Assembly: GCA_963663475.2 (NCBI GenBank)
Contig: CAXXJV010000001.1
Location: 288,001 to 352,000, forward strand
Reading direction: 5' to 3'
DNA: 64,000 bases
Origin: Candidatus Cloacimonadales bacterium
GTDB lineage: Bacteria > Cloacimonadota > Cloacimonadia > Cloacimonadales > JAFGVF01
In this document: positions 19,231 through 28,837 of the stretch, piece after piece
Position numbering within the stretch: the first letter of the stretch is position 1
Layout: each line of letters opens with the position of its first letter
The notes under the pieces: model-generated
Database searches by the model: none
What the model saw: the letters and a program-made list of their open reading frames with translations, nothing else
Told to the model about the DNA's origin: nothing
Made by a program: the position numbers and the translations under genes

Positions 19231-20069
19231 TAAAAGATTAAATGCTTGATTTTTTGCATATCTATTCCTATATAGTACTTCATTCTGCTTTGACGTAAGT
19301 CTGACATAATTTCAGCTTTTGATAAATTTGAATTCAGCAACTGACCCATTTTAGCAAAAAGAAGTTCTCCGACATTAGCATTATATGTTATGATTGATAA
19401 ATAAGGATCATTACTCCACAAACACTTATAAAGTTGATCATCTCTATCATTCATTAAGGATATTATAAACTCTTCTCCATCAACAAATATCTCTAGCCAA
19501 TTGTAATGCTGACTTCTAAATAAATCAGCTGAATTACCTTGAGCTATAACTTCAATTCCTGTAACTTGAGGACTTGGTTGAAATGTTTCAATGATAACAT
19601 TTACACCTCTTTGACTAGCAGATACTAACTCTTCAACAATTTCTTTCCTCTGGATCTGACAAGACATAACAATAATATTTTTCTTAGCATTTCTGATGAT
19701 TTCTAAAGATCTAGAATACATCTGGCTAATATTCTCTATAGCGAAAACACCTGACATTTTTTCTATTTTTGAAATTCTTTTTACCTTTTCTTCAAGATCT
19801 ACTTTGTTCTCAAGAAATTCTTTTTCTCGCCAATCTAAATATGTCTTAATCTCAGTAGGATAATATTCAACTGCTTTGCTAGCTTCATTACTATACACCA
19901 TTCCTTTTTGGAGCATAATCTCTAATGCCTTATAAATTTGTGGTTTAGTCTTCTTTAAAATTTTAGATATCTTATAAGCAGAAATGCCCCTCTCTTTTAG
20001 TAAGATTATATAAATATCTGCTTCAATTTCCTTAAAACCTACCTTCAATAAATTCTCTTTCATAATCAC
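19230..20069 (-). CDS. TrmB-family transcriptional regulator
   Basis: N-terminal wHTH (GFKEIEADIY...SAYKISK...PQIYKALEIMLQKGMV) plus PLD-like effector domain; start may be ATG 20063. Confidence 0.88.
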   Translation of the reverse strand: MIMKENLLKVGFKEIEADIYIILLKERGISAYKISKILKKTKPQIYKALEIMLQKGMVYSNEASKAVEYYPTEIKTYLDWREKEFLENKVDLEEKVKRISKIEKMSGVFAIENISQMYSRSLEIIRNAKKNIIVMSCQIQRKEIVEELVSASQRGVNVIIETFQPSPQVTGIEVIAQGNSADLFRSQHYNWLEIFVDGEEFIISLMNDRDDQLYKCLWSNDPYLSIITYNANVGELLFAKMGQLLNSNLSKAEIMSDLRQSRMKYYIGIDMQKIKHLIF

Positions 20070-20079
20070 CTCTTTAGTT

Positions 20080-20116
20080 TAGTAGTATATTTTATACTAC
20101 TATTATTTATGTCAAG
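20080..20116 (-). promoter_or_regulatory. TrmB promoter with a palindromic operator
   Basis: TAGTAGTATA-TTT-TATACTACTA (20080-20102) covers the -10 region downstream of minus-strand TTGACA (20115-20110). Confidence 0.6.
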
Positions 20117-20220
20117 TTTTTTATCCCGCCTATACAAATTTAGTTGGAAAAATCTCTTTAGGTATTATTCGGATAAAAAAAAGAATAGACAATTTTATTT
20201 CAGTTTTAGAAAATGAGTTA

Positions 20221-20382
20221 ATATGAATGATCTAGTTGAACTTTAGAGAAGAGTGTTGGTTCTTATAGCAAAATAAGATTCAGAATTTGCAAGTATATAA
20301 TATAAGTTTTCATGTAACATGTGGATATTACTTTGCAGAAGAAAATTCACCTATTCATAAAGGGATACTGGATTATTTTAAA
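20221..20382. mobile_element. MITE family B, degenerate full-length copy
   Basis: Colinear with 9134-9298 (GAACTTT..GAAGAGTG..TAGCAAAATAAG..CAGAATTTG..TATATAATAT..TTACTTTGCAGAAG); TTA flanks. Confidence 0.6.
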
Positions 20383-20407
20383 TTAAGAATAAGTTAGGGA
20401 GCATAAA

Positions 20408-21100
20408 ATGCGAATAAGTGGGTTTCAAAAATTTTCAATGATAGATTTTAATGAGAAATTATGTGCAGTTGTTTTTACCCAAGGATGCAATCTCCAATGT
20501 CCCTACTGTCATAATCCTGAACTAGTTCCCATGTTAAGCAATCAAAAACTAATAGATCAAGAAGAGATTATAAGTTTCTTAAAAAGCAGAATGGGAAAAT
20601 TAGATGCTGTAGTTATTACTGGTGGCGAGCCCTTACTACAAAAGAATCTGATTCCTTTCTTAAGCAAAATAAAAGATCTTGGTTATTTAGTAAAATTAGA
20701 TACTAATGGATTACTTCATAGAAATTTAAAAGTAGCTCTGGAAAGTGGTTTAATAGATTATTTAGCTATGGACATAAAAAGTAGGCTAGAGGATTATGAA
20801 AAAGTTGTTAAAGTAAAAGTTGCTAAGGAAAACATTAGGGAAAGTATAGAATTGATTAAAAAATCTGCTATTGATCATGAATTTCGGACAACAGTTGTTG
20901 AGGGCTTAGTCACTTTAGATACGATAAAAGAAATCGCAGAAACATTAGTTGGGGATAGTAATTACTATATTCAAAACTTCGCTAAATCTCACCACTTAGA
21001 TGTAGCTTATGAGAATGCAATTGGCTACAGTCAAGTAAAACTAAAAAAAATAGTTTCTGATTTACAAGACCAAGGCTACAAGATCAAATTGAGGACATAA
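20408..21100 (+). CDS. nrdG: Anaerobic ribonucleotide reductase activating radical SAM enzyme
   Basis: GCNLQCPYCHNP, ITGGEP, KLDTNG, AMDIK, EFRTT. Confidence 0.85.
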   Translation: MRISGFQKFSMIDFNEKLCAVVFTQGCNLQCPYCHNPELVPMLSNQKLIDQEEIISFLKSRMGKLDAVVITGGEPLLQKNLIPFLSKIKDLGYLVKLDTNGLLHRNLKVALESGLIDYLAMDIKSRLEDYEKVVKVKVAKENIRESIELIKKSAIDHEFRTTVVEGLVTLDTIKEIAETLVGDSNYYIQNFAKSHHLDVAYENAIGYSQVKLKKIVSDLQDQGYKIKLRT

Positions 21101-21399
21101 TGAAAGAAATATCTCAAACAATTATTGCTATAATCAAAGAAATTCCTCCTGGAAAGGTCTTAAGCTATGGAGAAATAGCTAGACGTGCAGGCCATCCTGC
21201 TACAGCCAGACTAGTTTCTTATCTTTTACATTCTTCATCTGAAAAACATAATCTCCCTTGGCACAGAGTCATTAACTCTCAAGGTAAGATTTCTCTAACA
21301 GGCCTAGGTGGAGAAGAGCAAAAGCAGCTTTTAGAATCTGAGGGAGTAATCTTTGAAAATGGTAAGACTGACCTTAAAAAATTTACTTATCAGGGATAA
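21100..21399 (+). CDS. Alkyltransferase-like (ATL/YbaZ) DNA-damage binding protein
   Basis: IPPGKVLSYGEIA and PWHRV (Trp replaces the catalytic Cys of PCHRV). Confidence 0.9.
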   Translation: MKEISQTIIAIIKEIPPGKVLSYGEIARRAGHPATARLVSYLLHSSSEKHNLPWHRVINSQGKISLTGLGGEEQKQLLESEGVIFENGKTDLKKFTYQG

Positions 21400-21493
21400 A
21401 TGTAATTGACAAGAATAGGATATTACTCTAATAGTGAAATGTATAGGTAAAATCTATTTTCTTTAATCTTATAATAAATAAAGGAGCTAAGAT

Positions 21494-22072
21494 ATGAACT
21501 TTCTCTTATCTTTGATTTTTATCCCCTTAAATCTCCTCTTTGGAGCATCAATTATCTGGCTAATTAGATGGCTTCTCTTTAACAAGAAGCAAAGATATAT
21601 ATTCAAAAAGAAGAATATTCTTACCCCAGGAGTAATACCTAAATTAAAGAATTATGGTTTAGGTAAAGTGAGAACTAGTGTTAAAGATTATTTTGACCAG
21701 GTTGATGATTTTCAATCTCATCAAGGTTATATTTATAAATGGGAAAAACAAGTCTACCAAAAAGTCTATGATGGATGTGAATTTATAGACAATGCTCGCT
21801 ATATACCTACCAGTGTAGCAGACTGGATAAGGCATAGTTTAGCTTTTATTTGCAAAGACTTATCATCTCGTTTCTTAAGAACTTTCATTCCTTATTTGTA
21901 TGAATATTATAGTATAAATGACAAAATAGATTTAATTGATGAAAAGATAGATTTAGTTGTAATAGAATCTTATTATAACCAATACATTCACAGATTCCTC
22001 ATGTATTTTAATTTATTCATCTTCCTTTTGGCAGGTATTCTGAATCTGATTCTTTTCTTAATAATAGTATAA
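21494..22072 (+). CDS. Membrane protein with N- and C-terminal TM helices (DUF445-like)
   Basis: Hydrophobic termini, WLLF...TPGVIPK motif, AAGGAG RBS. Confidence 0.55.
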   Translation: MNFLLSLIFIPLNLLFGASIIWLIRWLLFNKKQRYIFKKKNILTPGVIPKLKNYGLGKVRTSVKDYFDQVDDFQSHQGYIYKWEKQVYQKVYDGCEFIDNARYIPTSVADWIRHSLAFICKDLSSRFLRTFIPYLYEYYSINDKIDLIDEKIDLVVIESYYNQYIHRFLMYFNLFIFLLAGILNLILFLIIV

Positions 22073-22084
22073 TAGGAGTTTAAA

Positions 22085-22834
22085 ATGTCAGATATTATTG
22101 ATTATAAGATAGTTGGAAATGATTTTCAAGCAGTAGAAATTGAACTAGATCCAGGAGAAGGTGTAAGAGCTGAAGTAGGAGCTATGTTATATATGGAAGC
22201 TGATATCCAGATGGATACTTCTACTGGTGGCGGAATGTTCAGTGGCTTTAAGAGAATGATAGCAGGAGAATCTTTCTTTATTACAACCTTCTTAAACCAA
22301 GGTAGATTTAAAAGGAAAGTAACTTTTTCTGCTCCCTATCCTGGCAAAATCTTGCCTATTGACCTAAATCAGTTTGGAGGCCAATTCTACTGTCAAAAAG
22401 ATGCTTATCTCTGTTCAGCAAATGGTATTGACGTTACTGTTGCTTTTACAAAGAAAATTGGAGCAGGTCTGTTTGGTGGTGAGGGCTTTATCTTACAAGA
22501 ATTAAGAGGCATGGGTTTAGCCTTTATTCATGCTGGTGGTACTATTATAAAAAAAGAACTAGCCCCGAGAGAAAAACTTAGAATTGATACTGGTTGTTTA
22601 GTTGGTTTTGAAAGAGGTGTTGAATATGATATTCAGTTTGTTGGAGGGATTAAAAATGCCTTATTTGGCGGTGAAGGACTATTCTTAACAACTCTCACAG
22701 GTCCTGGAATAGTGTATCTACAAACTCTTCCCTTCTCAAGAATAGCAGATAGAATTGTTCAGTCTGCAAGACTCAACAAAGGTGAAGTTAAACGCGGTGG
22801 AAGCTTGCTTTCAACCCTACTTTCAGGAGACTAA
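22085..22834 (+). CDS. AIM24/TIGR00266 family protein
   Basis: GESFFITTF, APYPGKI, FGGEGFILQ, FGGEGLFL, GPGIVYLQTLP. Confidence 0.92.
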   Translation: MSDIIDYKIVGNDFQAVEIELDPGEGVRAEVGAMLYMEADIQMDTSTGGGMFSGFKRMIAGESFFITTFLNQGRFKRKVTFSAPYPGKILPIDLNQFGGQFYCQKDAYLCSANGIDVTVAFTKKIGAGLFGGEGFILQELRGMGLAFIHAGGTIIKKELAPREKLRIDTGCLVGFERGVEYDIQFVGGIKNALFGGEGLFLTTLTGPGIVYLQTLPFSRIADRIVQSARLNKGEVKRGGSLLSTLLSGD

Positions 22835-22837
22835 GAT

Positions 22838-23587
22838 ATGAAAGTAATGGATCCTACAACCTTAAAATACGATGAAAAACTTCTCATGGCTAATCGTGAG
22901 TTAATGATGGAAGTTTATCGTAATATCTTCTTTGCTAAAAAAAAAGTTAATGTTTTTAAAAAACTAATTAAATCATTTCAAAGTTTAGAAAAAATAACCA
23001 AATTAAAAAATGCCCAACATGAAGCGATAAACAAAAAAGAAGCCGATAAATATTGTAAAAACTTAGGTAAAGCCTATGACTATATACTTGAGAAAATTAA
23101 GAATAAAGAACAGTTCGAAGGACACGCAGATATAATAACTCTTCATGGTTTTGTTGACCCAGAAAGCTTTTCTCGAAACCCTTCTGGTTATCGAAAAAAG
23201 GATGTAAAGTTTGGAGATTTTATGCCACCTGAACCTAGCGTTGTTTATTCTCTTATGGATAACTTGGTCTATAACATGAATCAAATCGATTTACCTCAAA
23301 TCAAAGGAATATATTTCCATCATGAATTTGTTAGGATTCATCCTTTTGTTGACGGTAATGGACGAACCGCTAGAATGGTAAAAAACTGGATACTCATGTA
23401 CGAGCTCTATCCACCAGTATTTATAGATACACCAGAAGATAAACTGAATTATATAGATGTGCTTGAACGTTCTTTTAAAGGTTTCTTTGATAATCCTTTT
23501 GACGCTAATGCTGCAACTGAAGAATTCGCTAACCAAGAATTGATGCGAATTAATCAAAGTATAAAATTCTTACTTAATGATATCTAG
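22838..23587 (+). CDS. Fic-domain protein (AMPylase motif intact)
   Basis: HPFVDGNGRTAR. Confidence 0.93.
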   Translation: MKVMDPTTLKYDEKLLMANRELMMEVYRNIFFAKKKVNVFKKLIKSFQSLEKITKLKNAQHEAINKKEADKYCKNLGKAYDYILEKIKNKEQFEGHADIITLHGFVDPESFSRNPSGYRKKDVKFGDFMPPEPSVVYSLMDNLVYNMNQIDLPQIKGIYFHHEFVRIHPFVDGNGRTARMVKNWILMYELYPPVFIDTPEDKLNYIDVLERSFKGFFDNPFDANAATEEFANQELMRINQSIKFLLNDI

Positions 23588-23692
23588 CCTCCTGGCAAAG
23601 CGCTATCTGCTAATGGCAATTCCTGTCTCTTGGCAAGACCTGCCTCACTAAAGATAACAATGGTAATAATTTGAAATAAATAATTAGTTTTA

Positions 23693-25309
23693 ATGATTAA
23701 AAACGAGGCAACTATGAGAAAATTTATATTCAACGCAAAAGTCTATACAATGAATTCAAGAGATGATATTTCAGAAGCTATTCTCATTAAAAATGAGAGA
23801 ATCGAAAAAGTAGCTTCAACTGCTGAAATTATTTCCTATCTAAATGAACATAAAATTGACAAGTATGAGAAGATTGATCTGCAAGGCAAGCTACTGCTTC
23901 CTGGAATGACTGATACCCATACCCACTTCTTTGAACTAGCTAAAAGGAAAATTGCTGTTGACCTTTCTCCAGCTAAATCTCTAACTGAAGTTAAAGATAT
24001 CTTAGAAAAATTTAAAGAAACCATGCCTACTAACTTGAAATGGATTGGAGGAAGTGGCTGGAATAAAAACATTTACCCCTCCTTAGAAGGATTCAATAAA
24101 TACTTCTTAGATGAAATATTTCCTGATATACCCATTGCTCTCGAAAGTAAAGACTTCCACTCTAAATGGTGCAATTCTCTAGCTTTAGAAAAAGCAGGTA
24201 TTACTAAAGAAACACCTGATCCCCAAGGTGGAATGATTGGAAGATTCTCTGATGGCGAACCTAACGGTTTTACCCATGAAAAAGCTTGGGAATTAATCGA
24301 TAAGGTTGCCCCAGCTTACCCACTTGACCTAGCTCTTAAAGCTATTAAACTTACTATCAAAGATTGCTATGCTATGGGACTTACTGGTGTTCATGTTATG
24401 GAAAATGAAGATAAATTCAGATACTATCAACAAGTAATTGCTCAAGGAACTAAATTTAGATTCTGCTGGCATTTTCCTCAAGCTATAACAGATGAAATGA
24501 TTGCTAGAGGTGTCCACTCTTATCTGGGCAGTGAATCCTTAAAAATTGGTGGACAAAAAATCTTTATGGATGGAGCTTTAGGGTCTCAGACTGCTCTTAT
24601 GTACGAGCCCTATGCCGGAAGTAATAACTATGGAACTTCTATCTTTACTCAAGATCAACTTACTCAAATGATAGCTAAAGCTGCCAAACATAGTATTGCT
24701 TCCTCTATTCATGCTATTGGCGATAAGTGTTGTCACCAAGTTATCTCTGCAATCGCTACTTGTAGAGATATTGATACAAATTTAAGACATAGAATAGAGC
24801 ACCTTCAATGCGTAAGACCTGAGGATTATCAAGCTATAAAAGATAATAATATCTATATAGCCTTACAGCCTATTCATCTAAGATACGATATTGATTCTAT
24901 CCAAAAATATACCCCTAATGCTGCTAAATACACATATAGTTTTAAAGATCTAATTGACATGAAGATAGACTGTGGCTTTGGCTCTGATGCACCAGTAGAA
25001 ATCATTAACCCCTTCCAAGGTATCTATTCAGCTATTATGAGAAAAGCTATGAATGACCCAACTAAGGAAAGCTGGAGACCTGATCAGAAAGTAGCTAGTC
25101 TAGAGGCAATAAAAGCCTATACTTGTTGGGCTGCTAAAGCTTCAGCTTCTGAACATGTGAAAGGACAAATCCAAGAAGGTTATCTTGCAGATTTAATAGT
25201 AATTGAAGATTTTACTCAGAAAGATCCTGAATATTGGCTTACTGCTAAATCATTATTAACTCTTATCGATGGAGAAATAGTACATCAAGATGAAGAATTT
25301 ATTTACTAA
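23693..25309 (+). CDS. Amidohydrolase-3 (YtcJ-like)
   Basis: PGMTDTHTH, KIFMDGALGSQTA, HAIGD, HRIEH, GSDAPVE. Confidence 0.9.
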   Translation: MIKNEATMRKFIFNAKVYTMNSRDDISEAILIKNERIEKVASTAEIISYLNEHKIDKYEKIDLQGKLLLPGMTDTHTHFFELAKRKIAVDLSPAKSLTEVKDILEKFKETMPTNLKWIGGSGWNKNIYPSLEGFNKYFLDEIFPDIPIALESKDFHSKWCNSLALEKAGITKETPDPQGGMIGRFSDGEPNGFTHEKAWELIDKVAPAYPLDLALKAIKLTIKDCYAMGLTGVHVMENEDKFRYYQQVIAQGTKFRFCWHFPQAITDEMIARGVHSYLGSESLKIGGQKIFMDGALGSQTALMYEPYAGSNNYGTSIFTQDQLTQMIAKAAKHSIASSIHAIGDKCCHQVISAIATCRDIDTNLRHRIEHLQCVRPEDYQAIKDNNIYIALQPIHLRYDIDSIQKYTPNAAKYTYSFKDLIDMKIDCGFGSDAPVEIINPFQGIYSAIMRKAMNDPTKESWRPDQKVASLEAIKAYTCWAAKASASEHVKGQIQEGYLADLIVIEDFTQKDPEYWLTAKSLLTLIDGEIVHQDEEFIY

Positions 25310-25937
25310 ACTAAGCAATTCTCTTGGTGCCTTCCATCCTGAAGTTATCAACTATGAAGAATTTAAGCATTCTGCTATCTTCTTACCCCTGATTGATATT
25401 AAGGGAAAGTGTGCTTTATTATTTGAAAAAAGAGCTAATAACATCCCTCAAGCAGGAGAAATCTGCTTCCCTGGGGGAAGAGTTGAAGCTAATGAAGCAC
25501 TTAATCCCCTCATTACTGCTATTCGCGAAACTTCTGAAGAACTAGGTGTCACTGTTGATAAGTTATCTGTAATTAGTAGATTACCTAGACTTATTACTCC
25601 AGATGGGAAGTTGATTGATGCCTTTATTGGAAAAATCCAAGGTCTTAGTTTGCAAGACTTAGTATTAAACCCTAGTGAAGTAGAAAAAATTTTTACTGTA
25701 ACCCTGGAAGAAGTTAAAAAAATTAACTTTCATAAGTATAAAATTATCTCTACTAACCTTTCTGGCCAATCTGAACAAGACCCTAATTTATTACCTGTAG
25801 AGACTCTTGGTTTACCACAACGGTATCAGGGAACTTGGGGCAAGAAAAACTATAATGTCTACTACACTGAAATTAAAAATGAAAAAATATGGGGTCTAAC
25901 CGCTAGATACCTAAAATACATACAAGACTTACTTTAG
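25290..25937 (+). CDS. Nudix CoA pyrophosphatase
   Basis: GEICFPGG...AIRETSEELG Nudix box, NPSEV, IWGLTA. Confidence 0.9.
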   Translation: MKNLFTKLSNSLGAFHPEVINYEEFKHSAIFLPLIDIKGKCALLFEKRANNIPQAGEICFPGGRVEANEALNPLITAIRETSEELGVTVDKLSVISRLPRLITPDGKLIDAFIGKIQGLSLQDLVLNPSEVEKIFTVTLEEVKKINFHKYKIISTNLSGQSEQDPNLLPVETLGLPQRYQGTWGKKNYNVYYTEIKNEKIWGLTARYLKYIQDLL

Positions 25938-25969
25938 AAAGGCTTTCTACTTTTTTAACAAAAAATAGA

Positions 25970-25997
25970 TTGACATCAGTAAAGAATTACTTATAAT
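25970..25997 (+). promoter_or_regulatory. Sigma70-type promoter of hppA
   Basis: TTGACA-16 nt-TATAAT. Confidence 0.7.
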
Positions 25998-26124
25998 TTG
26001 TTTATTAATGAGCTTTTATACTTATAAATTGCCCATTAATTATTCAATGATATTCCTTAAATACATAGCGCCACAGACAGATATACTATGCTATTTAAGA
26101 AAAAATTAAATCTTAGGAGTAAAT

Positions 26125-28488
26125 ATGAATCTACCATGGTATTGGTTTATAGCCCCATTTGGTTCAATACTAGCACTAATTTTCGCTTATATTTTTTATA
26201 CAGAGGTTAAAAAAAATGATCCAGGCAATGAAAGAATGCAAGAAATTGCCTCTTACATCAAAGATGGTGCATATGCCTATCTAAAACAACAGTACATCGG
26301 CGTTAGTATCTTCTTCATTGTTGCTTTCATCATCTTTAATCTCATGGCATGGGGCTTACATATCCTAAACACATGGGTTCCTATCGCTTTTGTAACTGGA
26401 GGTTTGTTTAGTGGCTTAGCTGGATTCTTCGGTATGAAAACTGCCACAATGGCATCTTCTAGAACTGCCCAAGCTTGTAGTCATAGTCTCAATAAAGGAC
26501 TTAAAGTTGCTTTTAGAGCCGGTTCTGTTATGGGACTTGTAGTAGTAGGCTTAGCCCTTATCTTCATCTCAGGCTGGTTTTATCTACTCAATATGGTTGG
26601 CATGGACCTTCATCAAATAACTGTAGTTATGTTATCATTTGGTATGGGAGCTTCAACCCAAGCCCTCTTTGCTAGATTAGGGGGTGGTATCTATACTAAA
26701 GCTGCTGATGTGGGAGCAGATTTGGTTGGAAAAGTTGAAGAAGGTATTCCTGAAGATGACCCTCGTAATCCTGCTACTATTGCCGATAATGTAGGTGATA
26801 ATGTGGGTGATGTTGCTGGAATGGGAGCTGATCTCTTTGAATCTTATGTTGGTTCAATTTTAGCTACTTCTGCCTTAGGAATGGCTGCAGTGATTCAGTT
26901 TGGTAGCAAGTTTCAAGCTCAATGGGGACTTAACTTTGTTATAGCTCCAATGATTTTGGCTGGTCTTGGTATAATACTCTCGATTTTAGGTATTTACATG
27001 GTATCAACTAAAGATGATGCTTCTAGTAAAGATTTACTTCTTTCACTTAATAAAAGTGTCTATATCAGCTCTGTTCTCATTGCTATTGCTTCAGGTATAA
27101 TCTGTAAATTATTACTTCACCCTTCCATTTACTTAGGAATTTTCATTGCCAGTCTTACTGGCTTAATTGCAGGAATTTTAGTAGGATACTCAACAGAAAG
27201 ATATACTTCAGATTCTTATGCCCCTACTCAAGGTATTTCAAAACAAGGACAATACGGACCTGCAACAGTCATTATTGATGGTTTAGCTGTTGGCATGAAA
27301 TCTACTGCAGCTCCAGTAATTATCATAGCTGCTGCAATTTTAATAGCCTTCTCAGTTAGTGGCGGGTGGTCAAGTATAGAACTTGGACTTTATGGAATAG
27401 GTTTTGGAGCTGTTGGTATGCTAGCGACTTTAGGAGTTACCCTTGCTATGGATGCTTTTGGTCCAATTGCTGATAATGCTGGTGGTAATGCTGAAATGTC
27501 TGCTCTTCCAGAAATAGTAAGAAGTCGAACAGATGCCTTGGATGCTGTAGGTAATACAACTGCTGCCACAGGTAAAGGCTTTGCTATAGGTTCAGCAGCT
27601 CTTACTGCTATGGCACTTCTGGCTGCTTATATAGAAGAAATTAGAATCTCTCTCATGAGAATTGATCCCCATCAACTAATTAATGGGTTAAGTTTACGAG
27701 TAGCAGGAGTATCTGACTTCATGCTTCATTATAATATAAATTTAATGAATCCTAAACTATTAGTTGGTGCTTTTGTTGGTTCTATGGTTGCCTTTCTCTT
27801 TGCTGCCTTTACCATTAAAGCAGTAGGTAATGCTGCTGGTGATATGGTAGCTGAAGTTAGAAGACAATTCAAAGAAATACCAGGTATTTTAGAAGGTAAG
27901 ACTACTCCTGATTACAAAAGATGTGTCTTAATTTCTACTAAAGGTGCTCAGAGGGAAATGATAAAGCCTGCCATTTTAGCCATTGTTACCCCAATAATAG
28001 TAGGTTTAATATTAGGTATTCCTGGTGTTCTTGGCCTTTTAGTAGGAACTTTAATTTCAGGACTAGTTTTGGCAATCCTCATGAACAATTCTGGCGGTGC
28101 TTGGGATAATGCTAAGAAGTTTGTAGAGACTGGCCAGTTTGGAGGTAAAAACTCTACTGCTCACAAAGCTACCATTGTTGGTGATACAGTAGGAGACCCT
28201 CTCAAAGATACAGCAGGTCCTTCTCTAAATATTCTAATTAAACTCATGAGTATTGTTTCAATTATCTTTGCAGGATTAATAATCTCTTATTCACCATATA
28301 TAGAAAAGCTCTATGACCAAGGTTATTCTGATATTAACCAAATGCTTTTAGAGTCCAACCAGAAAGAAGAAACTCTTAAAGATATTCAGAAATGGCAAGA
28401 GGAAGCTGAAGACATGACAATGATAAATGCCTCAGAAGATATGCAACAAGATAAGGTAAATAATTCTACTGAAATTAAACCAGAATAG
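26125..28488 (+). CDS. hppA: K+-dependent membrane-bound cation-translocating pyrophosphatase
   Basis: [55 protein letters not shown] (Ala = K+-dependent type). Confidence 0.97.
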   Translation: MNLPWYWFIAPFGSILALIFAYIFYTEVKKNDPGNERMQEIASYIKDGAYAYLKQQYIGVSIFFIVAFIIFNLMAWGLHILNTWVPIAFVTGGLFSGLAGFFGMKTATMASSRTAQACSHSLNKGLKVAFRAGSVMGLVVVGLALIFISGWFYLLNMVGMDLHQITVVMLSFGMGASTQALFARLGGGIYTKAADVGADLVGKVEEGIPEDDPRNPATIADNVGDNVGDVAGMGADLFESYVGSILATSALGMAAVIQFGSKFQAQWGLNFVIAPMILAGLGIILSILGIYMVSTKDDASSKDLLLSLNKSVYISSVLIAIASGIICKLLLHPSIYLGIFIASLTGLIAGILVGYSTERYTSDSYAPTQGISKQGQYGPATVIIDGLAVGMKSTAAPVIIIAAAILIAFSVSGGWSSIELGLYGIGFGAVGMLATLGVTLAMDAFGPIADNAGGNAEMSALPEIVRSRTDALDAVGNTTAATGKGFAIGSAALTAMALLAAYIEEIRISLMRIDPHQLINGLSLRVAGVSDFMLHYNINLMNPKLLVGAFVGSMVAFLFAAFTIKAVGNAAGDMVAEVRRQFKEIPGILEGKTTPDYKRCVLISTKGAQREMIKPAILAIVTPIIVGLILGIPGVLGLLVGTLISGLVLAILMNNSGGAWDNAKKFVETGQFGGKNSTAHKATIVGDTVGDPLKDTAGPSLNILIKLMSIVSIIFAGLIISYSPYIEKLYDQGYSDINQMLLESNQKEETLKDIQKWQEEAEDMTMINASEDMQQDKVNNSTEIKPE

Positions 28489-28603
28489 TGCATTAGAACT
28501 TCGATAATACTTCGCTAAAGCTACGTATCACAGGTGAAGATTGCTAGATTCTTTTAGCAAAATAAGTTAGTCCTATTCGCAAAGGCTCCTGCATTATTTG
28601 AGT
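28479..28603. mobile_element. MITE family B copy overlapping the hppA 3' end
   Basis: TAA|ACCAGAATAGTGCATTAGAACTT ... CAAAGGCTCCTGCATTATTTGAGT|TAA. Confidence 0.75.
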
Positions 28604-28624
28604 TAAATAATTAATTTACTTTTT

Positions 28625-28664
28625 GAGGTAATCATAACTTTTCTCCTGTGATTACCTCTTTTTT
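28625..28664 (+). terminator. Terminator downstream of hppA
   Basis: GAGGTAATCA...TGATTACCTC followed by T-run. Confidence 0.65.
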
Positions 28665-28837
28665 CTGAAAGGCTATATGGCAAGATATAAGCTTGTCAGC
28701 AATTTAGATAACTTCTTATATAAAGTGAGATTACACCATCTCTCACTCATAGCATACCCAACTAAACTCAAAGTTTAATCTTGACATAATTTGCACATTC
28801 TTACAATAACACCAAATTAATATTAAAAAGGATTATT

